64,000 nt of DNA, from NCBI GenBank assembly GCA_965242865.1, contig CBDETK010000013.1, positions 3,552,001 to 3,616,000 on the forward strand, read 5' to 3'. A model generated the notes under the pieces. The model saw only the letters and a list, made by a program, of their open reading frames with translations. It ran no database searches and was not told where the DNA came from. The position numbers and the translations under genes are program-made. The DNA is from Candidatus Latescibacterota bacterium (GTDB taxonomy: Bacteria > Latescibacterota > UBA2968 > UBA8231). Shown one piece after another: positions 47,599-54,950 of this stretch (position 1 is the stretch's first letter; each line of letters starts with the position of its first letter).

Positions 47599-47742
47599 CT
47601 AGCCGCAGCAGCAGCAGAGGCGGCCCTCTCCAGAGCAATCAGCTTTCGGAGGACTGCTTTCGCAGATGGAGAGGGCGAATTCCAGCTGCGCCTCGACGGC
47701 CTGGCCGTAGGTGGCGCGTTGGGGTTTGTGCAGAGCGATCAT
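47599..47742 (-). CDS. Putative RiPP precursor, 47 aa: MIALHKPQRATYGQAVEAQLEFALSICESSPPKADCSGEGRLCCCCG
   Basis: AAGGAG RBS before ATG 47742; leader-like N-terminus shared with paralogues; six Cys in the C-terminal part. Confidence 0.8.
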   Translation of the reverse strand: MIALHKPQRATYGQAVEAQLEFALSICESSPPKADCSGEGRLCCCCG

Positions 47743-47938
47743 GATTATGCTCCTTGAGTAAGTGAATGGTTCTATTGAACCAAAGGGGGACGCCAAGGGC
47801 GTCGCGAAAGGGCCTCCTTATGAGAACCCTTGATAGGGCTGATACAGGCAGCGTCATGTTACGAGAAGGAACGGCAGATGCCTGCGTGGCTTCAATGGCC
47901 GAGCCGTAGCTTGTATTTACGGATGGATGCAGGGACAT
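47639..47938 (-). CDS. Precursor paralogue MSLHPSVNTSYGSAIEATQ... (long tail probably read-through/degenerate)
   Basis: GAGGAGG RBS; LH-x6-YGxA[IV]EA motif shared with 47599-47742; 3' part overlaps that ORF out of frame. Confidence 0.5.
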   Translation of the reverse strand: MSLHPSVNTSYGSAIEATQASAVPSRNMTLPVSALSRVLIRRPFRDALGVPLWFNRTIHLLKEHNHDRSAQTPTRHLRPGRRGAAGIRPLHLRKQSSES

Positions 47939-47971
47939 GGCTTCAGACCTCCTCGACTGTGAACGCTAGCT

Positions 47972-48052
47972 TTACCAGCGCGCCCCGAAAAAGGGCCACT
48001 GCACAGACCGCCGAAAGCGGCGGCGGTAACGGCGGTTGATAACGCGGTTCAT
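47972..48052 (-). CDS. Arg/aromatic-rich 26-aa peptide MNRVINRRYRRRFRRSVQWPFFGARW
   Basis: AAGAGGAGG RBS; first ORF after the sigma-54 promoter; translated by hand. Confidence 0.6.
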   Translation of the reverse strand: MNRVINRRYRRRFRRSVQWPFFGARW

Positions 48053-48149
48053 TGTTCCCTCCTCTTATGGGGTGGATGGAAAGCCTGCCCGTCGGCCCCT
48101 ATTCCTTAGTGGCCAACAACAGCTTGCTTTCGTGTTCACTTACTATATA

Positions 48150-48166
48150 AGCATATTCCGTGCCAA
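48150..48166 (-). promoter_or_regulatory. Sigma-54 -24/-12 promoter (module 1)
   Basis: TTGGCACGGAATATGCT, GG-N10-GC. Confidence 0.85.
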
Positions 48167-48256
48167 ACTGATTCTTGATAAAAGATAAACTACTAATAAA
48201 CATATACTTATAAAAAATTAAGGCACTTCATGCCAAACGCTGAATCGCGCTTCAAT

Positions 48257-48355
48257 TGCACCCTTTCGACGCACCTAACCCCCCATTTGCTCTCTATTTC
48301 TATTTTTTACAACAGTTTAGAGCAAGTGCGTTAAAAAGGACGCAGTGCGTCAAGG
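48257..48355. promoter_or_regulatory. Candidate bEBP enhancer sites (module 1)
   Basis: tgcaccctttcgacgca (48257) and tgcgttaaaaaggacgca (48327), 70 bp apart; conserved in module 2. Confidence 0.7.
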
Positions 48356-48603
48356 TCGACTTGGTCCACGACGAGTAGCGGAGTTAGAAACCAATCCTTT
48401 TTTAATGCGCTAACACCCATTCTCGCCTACTGCGTTCTGGCCGAGGCGTCCCCCTTAGTGTGCGTCTAAGACGGGAGGAGAATGGGGAGTGGAGGAATTG
48501 AAATTGAAACCGGACAACTTTACAGGTGAATGGACCGGACTGCGGATCTGGGCCTTAGAGCCTCTTTTCGTCCTCGCAATTTACGAGGTGGAGTAGCACC
48601 CTT

Positions 48604-49644
48604 TTATCTTAGAGATGAGAGATGCGAAAGCACCTCACCCAAGAGCGCGAACTCATCCTTTCTCAGGCGGCATAGTTCATCTTGGGCAAACGTTCGACCT
48701 TCCTTGGCCTTTTTGCCTCTCATCTGGTTTCTCAACACAACCATGCGGATCTGATTTGCGCGGCTGGCGATATCCGAGTATCTCCGGGCAAAACCGACCT
48801 CTTCGGGCAGGATCCCTTGGCCCTCCATGTACTCCAGCCGAGCGACCATGCACTTTTTGTGCTCCCAGAAAATACGCAAGGAGATAAGCAGCTCGTCCTC
48901 GGTCGCCTCCGGCTCATCAAGCAGCCCTGCGAGGAACTGGTAAGTATCCATCCCCCACAGGTCGCCGCGGTTTCTCGGTTCGGCGAGTATCCGCAACCGC
49001 GTTGAGGTGTTGCGAGACAGGTAGAGGTCGGTCAATTCCTCCCGGGCCTGCACTAAGTCAAAAGCACACTCAGCAGACGACCGGTAGTAGTAGAGCACAA
49101 CTTGAGGATTCTCAACCTTGTCCTGTAGCCAATCAGGGCCACCCTCCGGCCTAAACGCCGTGGATAACGCCCGCTCAAACTCGGCGAACCCCACGGCGAA
49201 ACGGCCGTAGCTCCCATCGCGGCCGTAGCCCGACGCAGTAAAAGTGCCTTGTCGCCAGTCAAAGCCGCTCAAAAGCAGTTCGTGAAGAAAATGAACCCGT
49301 TGGTAATACACGCCCTGTGGAATGTAAAAGTAGTCCACATCCAACTGCACGTAGTAATCCCTTTCGAGGCACTCCAAGACGAATTTTGTGACTTCATCCG
49401 GCTTGTCCCCGGCCAGTCGCCGGTCAACCCTATTGGATTCGAGCAAAGGGCAGGTGGAGAACTCTCGATAAAACGGATGGAGGTAGAAATTCAGCCCCCG
49501 TCCCTCAAACTGTCGCAACTGGATATAGTGACAATAGAACCACGGCCGGTACGCTGTGTCGCGGGCGAGGATCGAAAGCGGGTATAGATGGTGCATATAC
49601 CCGGTGATGGGCGGTTTGCCGATGGGCAAACACTTTTTCGTCAC
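48604..49644 (-). CDS. BtrH-like (papain-fold) putative acyltransferase/peptide-modifying protein
   Basis: YYVQLDVDYFYIP...HFLHELLLSGFD pattern typical of BtrH_N/C39-like folds; GTGA overlap with the GT4 gene. Confidence 0.55.
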   Translation of the reverse strand: MTKKCLPIGKPPITGYMHHLYPLSILARDTAYRPWFYCHYIQLRQFEGRGLNFYLHPFYREFSTCPLLESNRVDRRLAGDKPDEVTKFVLECLERDYYVQLDVDYFYIPQGVYYQRVHFLHELLLSGFDWRQGTFTASGYGRDGSYGRFAVGFAEFERALSTAFRPEGGPDWLQDKVENPQVVLYYYRSSAECAFDLVQAREELTDLYLSRNTSTRLRILAEPRNRGDLWGMDTYQFLAGLLDEPEATEDELLISLRIFWEHKKCMVARLEYMEGQGILPEEVGFARRYSDIASRANQIRMVVLRNQMRGKKAKEGRTFAQDELCRLRKDEFALLGEVLSHLSSLR

Positions 49645-50900
49645 GACGCGATCCTCGCTTTCGCGTCCGTGGTTCCTTGGAGGAGACGCATTAGCCGCCG
49701 TGCGGAAGCAGACCAGCTAAATCGAGGTCGATCCGGGGGGATTTGGGGCGGAAAACCAACCGTATAGGCTTGAGCCAATAGCCTCACCAGCGAATCAGCA
49801 TCGTCGAGTCCGTAATACCGCCCCTGCTTGCCTACCACCTCGTTCATTATCGGAATGTCGGGAACAATGACTTCCGTCCCGCAGGCCAACGCCTCCACCG
49901 CTGGCAGGCAAAAGCCCTCATCTACCGACGAGATCACCAGTGCTGCGGCACTGTGGTATAGAGCAGCCAGTTCGTCGTCGTCAACCCGACCGAGGAACCG
50001 GACTTGCTCCCCCAAGGCATTGGCTGCGACGGACCGTTCCAATTCGCTTTGGTACGCCCCGTAATCCCCCACCATCACCAACGGAGGACACAGCCCCCGC
50101 TCGGCCTTGAGCTCGGCCAACACCGAAAAGAGCCAGTCCAACCTTTTGCGCTTGTGTGCTAGCCCTACAAAGAGGAAGAACGGGGATTTTAGGCCGTGCT
50201 GGACCAGTACTCGGGCGATGGTTTCGCCATCCCGCTGGCCGCTGAAAATGCGCTCGTCAGCCGCCCCCGACACCACATCAATCTTCTCGTTGGAGATGCC
50301 GAGTATCTGTACAATGTCTTGCTTGACCGTATTGGAAACAGTGATCACCCCTTCGCATTGGGTCGCTAAACGTCTGTTCATAGCCCAGAAATAGTGGTGG
50401 AACACTTCTTTGCCTTCGGGCACATCCCCAAATCCAACTGTGTTGTGTCCAAGACGCTCACACGCCATCCTCATTTGCTCAAACTCCGACCGGCCGAATT
50501 TGGCTTGGAACGCCGCATCCGTATAGGTCGATAGATCGGGGTGCTTGAGCCGGATTAGGTCGTGGATAGTGAATATGTAGGGAACGGGCAGCAACGGATC
50601 AACGATATAATGGATTGAGTAGTACAAATTGACCCCTTCCCGGATAAGCCAATTCCGCAACCACGACGAATCGCGCACAAATCCACCGTCGTCCGGCACT
50701 TCCACGAAGCGGAGCCGACGAGTCAAACGCGGATTTTTCAGATCGGCTGCGATTTCACCACTGCGTCCCGGCCAAGCGATCACGGTCAGGCGGTAATCTC
50801 CATCGATTTCGTCGGCATCCAGCGCGTGCAACAGGGAAGTGCCATAGCGATAGATGCCGCTATAGTGGGTCGTGCGTAGGTCAAAGGCTAAATGGGTCAT
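49641..50900 (-). CDS. GT4 (GT-B) glycosyltransferase
   Basis: TIHDLI, ITVS, FVG, EGFCLPAVEALACG. Confidence 0.92.
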   Translation of the reverse strand: MTHLAFDLRTTHYSGIYRYGTSLLHALDADEIDGDYRLTVIAWPGRSGEIAADLKNPRLTRRLRFVEVPDDGGFVRDSSWLRNWLIREGVNLYYSIHYIVDPLLPVPYIFTIHDLIRLKHPDLSTYTDAAFQAKFGRSEFEQMRMACERLGHNTVGFGDVPEGKEVFHHYFWAMNRRLATQCEGVITVSNTVKQDIVQILGISNEKIDVVSGAADERIFSGQRDGETIARVLVQHGLKSPFFLFVGLAHKRKRLDWLFSVLAELKAERGLCPPLVMVGDYGAYQSELERSVAANALGEQVRFLGRVDDDELAALYHSAAALVISSVDEGFCLPAVEALACGTEVIVPDIPIMNEVVGKQGRYYGLDDADSLVRLLAQAYTVGFPPQIPPDRPRFSWSASARRLMRLLQGTTDAKARIAS

Positions 50901-50954
50901 GGTATCTCACTCCTTAGCAACGGGAATAGGGAAGCCTAGCAAGTTCTCATGTTG

Positions 50955-51392
50955 TTAGCGGTCGGCTGGAATTTCCCGCTCCTTCTGCACCAACAGCGTT
51001 GCAGCACCCCCAGCCAACAACAAACCGCGCAACAGTGCCCAACCCAGCGAAGCACCCTCGTCGCCACCAAAACAACCGCACGTCACCTCGTTGCCGCGGT
51101 ACATATTGATGCCGAGCGCCGCACTAAAAACCACCAGTAGCCCCAAGATGACCAAGGCGTTACTGCGCGACCAGATGCCCAAGAGCAGAAGGCCGCCGGC
51201 AATCAGTTCAACCCAGACGACCGACAGCGCAAACGGCGCAGCCCAATCCACCGGGAGCATATCAAAGGCCGCGACCGTCTCGACGAAAGACGGTATTTGC
51301 ACGAGCTTTGCACTCCCCGCCCAAACAAAGACACCGCCCAACACCAGCCGGACCGTCAGAGCCAGATAGGGCCTGAGTGCAAGTCTGTCCAT
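50955..51392 (-). CDS. MauE/DoxX-family membrane protein
   Basis: RLVLGGVFVWAGSAK, VELIAG, CGCFG; TAATG coupling to the rhodanese gene. Confidence 0.88.
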   Translation of the reverse strand: MDRLALRPYLALTVRLVLGGVFVWAGSAKLVQIPSFVETVAAFDMLPVDWAAPFALSVVWVELIAGGLLLLGIWSRSNALVILGLLVVFSAALGINMYRGNEVTCGCFGGDEGASLGWALLRGLLLAGGAATLLVQKEREIPADR

Positions 51393-51868
51393 TAGAAAGG
51401 ACCCTCCGATTCCACGGGATAACCCGCTTCTTCCCATTGGGGAAATCCGCCCGCGAAGACGTAGATCTGCGTAAAATCCATCTCCGTTGCGAGCTTTTGC
51501 GCCAGTTTGGAGCCCAAGTTACACGTCGTCCCTGAACAGTAAACGACCAGCGCGGTATCCTTGGACAAGTCGGCCAATTCCGCGCCAAAAGCGGCGAGAA
51601 TCTCCGACGGTGGGACATTAAGAGCCCCGGGCACATGCCCCAACTGGTAGGGCCAAGAAGACCGAGCGTCCACGAACACAGCCGCCCTTTGGTCCAAGAG
51701 CCGTTTGGCCGTTGCTAAATCAATCAGATGCACACCATTTTCGGGCCGCTGGACCTCTTCTATTGCCAAGCTATGCAGTCCGCCGCTGGAGACGCCGATC
51801 GCCACTACCAGCAATGCCTTTCCAACAATTCGCTTCATCACAGCGAATCCCCTTTCTCCGGTAGTCAA
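51392..51868 (-). CDS. Exported rhodanese-like domain protein
   Basis: VDARS, GHVPGALNVP, VYCSGTTC, GGFPQW. Confidence 0.88.
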   Translation of the reverse strand: MTTGERGFAVMKRIVGKALLVVAIGVSSGGLHSLAIEEVQRPENGVHLIDLATAKRLLDQRAAVFVDARSSWPYQLGHVPGALNVPPSEILAAFGAELADLSKDTALVVYCSGTTCNLGSKLAQKLATEMDFTQIYVFAGGFPQWEEAGYPVESEGPF

Positions 51869-52137
51869 ACCCCTATTGGCGGTACTTTGCCGCGCACGAA
51901 TTCGGCGATGGAACGCACCGACACAAACCGTTCCGCCCGCAGTTCCTCGTCTTCCACATCAATGGCAAAGTGCGTTTCCAAGGCCATGACGAGCTGTAGC
52001 ATGACTATTGAATCAGCCCCCAGACCATCACCCAACAGCAACTCGTCGTCCGCGATAGCCTCCGGTTCGATCTCCAGTTCAAGAGCTTGGACGATAACCT
52101 GTTTGATCTGTGCTTCGAGTTTCATCTCGATGTCCAT
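51865..52137 (-). CDS. Stand-alone acyl carrier protein
   Basis: GLGADSIVML phosphopantetheine Ser motif; acidic, 90 aa. Confidence 0.9.
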   Translation of the reverse strand: MDIEMKLEAQIKQVIVQALELEIEPEAIADDELLLGDGLGADSIVMLQLVMALETHFAIDVEDEELRAERFVSVRSIAEFVRGKVPPIGV

Positions 52138-52214
52138 GATCGCCTATTCTTCCGTTTGCGGCGCACGAAACATGCTTCGTGAGGGCATGCTTTAGAAATA
52201 CCCGAAGATCAGCG

Positions 52215-52250
52215 GAGTGGACCGGGGATCACTTTGACCCCGGTCCACGC
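52215..52250 (-). other. Stem-loop downstream of peptide ORFs, module 2
   Basis: gagtggaccggggatcactttgaccccggtccacgc. Confidence 0.75.
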
Positions 52251-52269
52251 GCTCATCAACGGCTCCGTT

Positions 52270-52375
52270 CTACCGAACTAAGTCGTGCCAGCAAGACCGA
52301 CAAGGAACGATGGCGCCCTACGTGTCAACACAGGCCGGACCGTAGCTTGTATTTACGGATTGGATGCAGAATCAT
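52270..52375 (-). pseudogene. Degenerate precursor paralogue (as written: 16 aa MILHPIRKYKLRSGLC, 52325-52375)
   Basis: One extra base relative to the 47938 copy; corrected frame reads MILHPSVNTSYGPACVDT*GAIVPCRSCWHDLVR*; GAGGAGG RBS. Confidence 0.55.
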
Positions 52376-52409
52376 GGCTTCAGACCTCCTCTACCTTGGC
52401 TACCCAGGG

Positions 52410-52475
52410 CTAGGCCAGCGGGGACTGTTCGTCGAGCCGACGATACCTGATTTCGGCTAAGGGGTGCAGAGTCAT
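52410..52475 (-). CDS. 21-aa peptide MTLHPLAEIRYRRLDEQSPLA
   Basis: AAGAGGAGG RBS; LH-x6-Y motif; first ORF after the module-2 sigma-54 promoter. Confidence 0.6.
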   Translation of the reverse strand: MTLHPLAEIRYRRLDEQSPLA

Positions 52476-52565
52476 GGCGGACCTCCTCTTTATAGGGTGG
52501 ATGGAAAGCCGGCCCTTCAGCAGGTGCGGCCAAACGGCTTGCTTTCGCGCTCACCTATACACCAT

Positions 52566-52582
52566 AGCACATTCCGTGCCAA
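52566..52582 (-). promoter_or_regulatory. Sigma-54 -24/-12 promoter (module 2)
   Basis: TTGGCACGGAATGTGCT, GG-N10-GC. Confidence 0.85.
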
Positions 52583-52670
52583 ACGGAGCCGCAAAGCCGT
52601 AATTGATTGTTATACAAAGGGTTATAGAAAATGGGGGCCTTTCGTCCAAGTCGCCGAGTCGCGCTTCCAT

Positions 52671-52766
52671 TGCACCCTTTTGACGCACCTAACGACCTGT
52701 TTTATTTGTATCTCACGTCTTTACAATGGCTTAGAGCAAGTGCGTCAAAAGAGCCGCAGTGCGCTA
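52671..52766. promoter_or_regulatory. Candidate bEBP enhancer sites (module 2)
   Basis: tgcaccctttTgacgca (52671) and tgcgtcaaaagagccgca (52741), 70 bp apart. Confidence 0.7.
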
Positions 52767-52845
52767 AAAGTGACCGCGGGGGCCGTTGCGTGAGTTGCTC
52801 TCAATCGTTACGCTCAGGTTTATCCTTCGTTTGAGGAGTCGCGCC

Positions 52846-54582
52846 ATGCTTGGATCCTACCCCCGCATTCCCTACGGTTGGGCCGATTTCCGGGCCATCC
52901 GCTTGGAAAAGCGTCTCTACGTGGATAAGACGCGCTTTGTCCACGCCTTGGAAGAGGAGCGCTACGTCTTTTTCATTCGGCCGCGTCGCTTTGGCAAGTC
53001 CTGCTGGGTGTCCCTGCTGGCCAACTACTACGACCGCACCCGCGCCGACGACTTTGATGCCGTCTTCGGCGGCACGGACCTCGGCAATAATCCCACCGCC
53101 AACCGCCATCGCTACGTCGTCCTGCGCTTCAACTTTTCGACGTTCAAAAACGCCTTGGAAACCCTCGAACACTACTTTGGAGAGTATTGTCAACTGGTGG
53201 TTCGGCACGCGCTGGAGCGCAACCGAGATTTGTTTCCCGAGGCGGCACGGCGGCACATTCGCTCGTCGAGTTCGGTCAATGGCCAGCTCAACGAGCTATT
53301 CTTGTACGCCGGCGATCACGGCATTCGGCTGTACGTGCTCATTGACGAGTACGACAACTTTGCCAACACGGTGCTGGCGCACCACGGCGAGGCGGCCTAT
53401 CAGTCGTTCACGCACGGCGGCGGCTTCTACCGCAACTTTTTTGCCACGCTCAAGGGCGGCACGGAACAAAGTCGCGGCGGCTTGGAGCGGCTGTTCATCA
53501 CCGGGGTGTCGCCGATTACCATGGACGACGTCACCAGCGGCTTCAACATCGGCCGCAACATCAGCCTGCGGCCGGAGTTCAACGACCTGCTCGGCTTCAC
53601 CGAGGAGGAGGTGCGAAGCCTGCTGGAGCTGTACCTCGACCACGGCGTGTTCAATCAGGATGTCGAAGGCGCGCTGGCGGTGATGCGCGAGTGGTACAAC
53701 GGCTATCGGTTCGCCAAGAGTGCCCAAGGCGACCTCTACAACACCGACATGGTGCTCTATTTCCTCGCTGAATCCATTCCGAACAAACCCATGCCGGACG
53801 AATTGATCGACACCAATGTCCGCATCGACTACGGCAAGTTGCGCCACTTGCTGACGGTCAACCGCCAACTCAACGGCAACTTCGACCTGCTACGCCACAT
53901 CATCGGCGAGCAACAGGTAGATACCCCCCTCCAACTCAGCTTCCCCCTCGACCGACTCGACCGGCGCGAAAACTTCCTGTCCCTGCTGCATTACTTCGGT
54001 CTGCTCAGCATTCGGGGGGTGTCGCAGGGGGTGCCGCGGTTAGGCATTCCCAACCAAACGGTCAAGCGGCTGATGTACGGCTACCTGCGCGATGGATACG
54101 ATGATGTGGGGGTGTTTTCCGTCGATGGGTACACCTTCTCCCGCTTGGTGCGCGAGATGGCCTACGAAGGAGCTTGGCGACCGGTATTGGACTTTCTGCG
54201 CGACGCCCTCGCCGAACAAACCGGCATCCGCGACTACATGGACGGCGAAAAGGTCATCCACGGCTTTGTCGCCGCGCACTTGAGCATGGTCGCTCAGTTT
54301 CTGCTCCACTCCGAGTACGAACTGAACAAGGGCTATGCGGACCTGTACTTGGAGCCGTTCCTCGCCCGATACCCCGATATGCGGTTCGGCTATGTGCTCG
54401 AACTCAAGTATGTGAAACGAAGCGATCCCCTCGGCGAATCCGTCGCCGCGGCCAAGGTGCAGGAAGCCGTGCTTCAGTTGCGCGGCTACTTGGCGGACCC
54501 GTCCCTGCGCCGCGGCCACCCGGCGGTGCGGCACATTGGCTTGGCGGCGGTGTTTCACGGCTGGGAGTTGGTTGCCTACTAA
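52846..54582 (+). CDS. AAA-ATPase-like + PD-(D/E)XK nuclease domain protein
   Basis: YVDKT, RPRRFGKS, LIDEYD, FITGV, WYNGY, SEYELNKGYADL, LELKY; GAGGAG RBS. Confidence 0.9.
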   Translation: MLGSYPRIPYGWADFRAIRLEKRLYVDKTRFVHALEEERYVFFIRPRRFGKSCWVSLLANYYDRTRADDFDAVFGGTDLGNNPTANRHRYVVLRFNFSTFKNALETLEHYFGEYCQLVVRHALERNRDLFPEAARRHIRSSSSVNGQLNELFLYAGDHGIRLYVLIDEYDNFANTVLAHHGEAAYQSFTHGGGFYRNFFATLKGGTEQSRGGLERLFITGVSPITMDDVTSGFNIGRNISLRPEFNDLLGFTEEEVRSLLELYLDHGVFNQDVEGALAVMREWYNGYRFAKSAQGDLYNTDMVLYFLAESIPNKPMPDELIDTNVRIDYGKLRHLLTVNRQLNGNFDLLRHIIGEQQVDTPLQLSFPLDRLDRRENFLSLLHYFGLLSIRGVSQGVPRLGIPNQTVKRLMYGYLRDGYDDVGVFSVDGYTFSRLVREMAYEGAWRPVLDFLRDALAEQTGIRDYMDGEKVIHGFVAAHLSMVAQFLLHSEYELNKGYADLYLEPFLARYPDMRFGYVLELKYVKRSDPLGESVAAAKVQEAVLQLRGYLADPSLRRGHPAVRHIGLAAVFHGWELVAY

Positions 54583-54617
54583 GCCGTAGAAGAGGCCTAG
54601 CCGCACGGAGAATCCCA

Positions 54618-54941
54618 ATGGCCAAAAATAGCCAGCTCGTGTATTCCTCGGATACCGGCCGCGTACCCCAGCAAAAAAAGCAGGCCGCGGCCCCCACTGG
54701 CGACGGCATCGCCCGCGTGCGCCGCGAGAAAAAGGGCCGCCGCGGCAAGACCGCGACCACGATCTCGGGCCTGCGGCTATCCCCAACCGAGCTCAAGGCC
54801 CTCGCCTCCGCACTCAAGCGCCACTGCGGCAGCGGCGGGTCGGTCGTCGATCGCGTAATAGAAATTCAGGGGGATAAGGTAGAAGTCGTGCTCGCCGAAC
54901 TGGCCAAGCGCGGCTATCGGGCCAAGCGCGCTGGCGGCTGA
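54618..54941 (+). CDS. yciH: SUI1-family translation initiation factor YciH
   Basis: LVYSSDTG, KGRRGK, LKRHCGSGG, IEIQGD, AKRAGG. Confidence 0.92.
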   Translation: MAKNSQLVYSSDTGRVPQQKKQAAAPTGDGIARVRREKKGRRGKTATTISGLRLSPTELKALASALKRHCGSGGSVVDRVIEIQGDKVEVVLAELAKRGYRAKRAGG

Positions 54942-54950
54942 TGAGGCCCT

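Noticed and set aside
47599-47796. 65-aa version of the precursor in the ORF track
   Set aside because: RBS and leader motif support ATG 47742 instead
48415-48490. Possible structured ncRNA (cccattctc...gagaatggg)
   Set aside because: Only a short terminal stem is evident and no known family is recognised; may be a terminator remnant
36116-52766. Lanthipeptide, sactipeptide/ranthipeptide or thiopeptide classification
   Set aside because: No LanB/C/M, radical SAM CxxxCxxC or YcaO motifs in the locus ORFs
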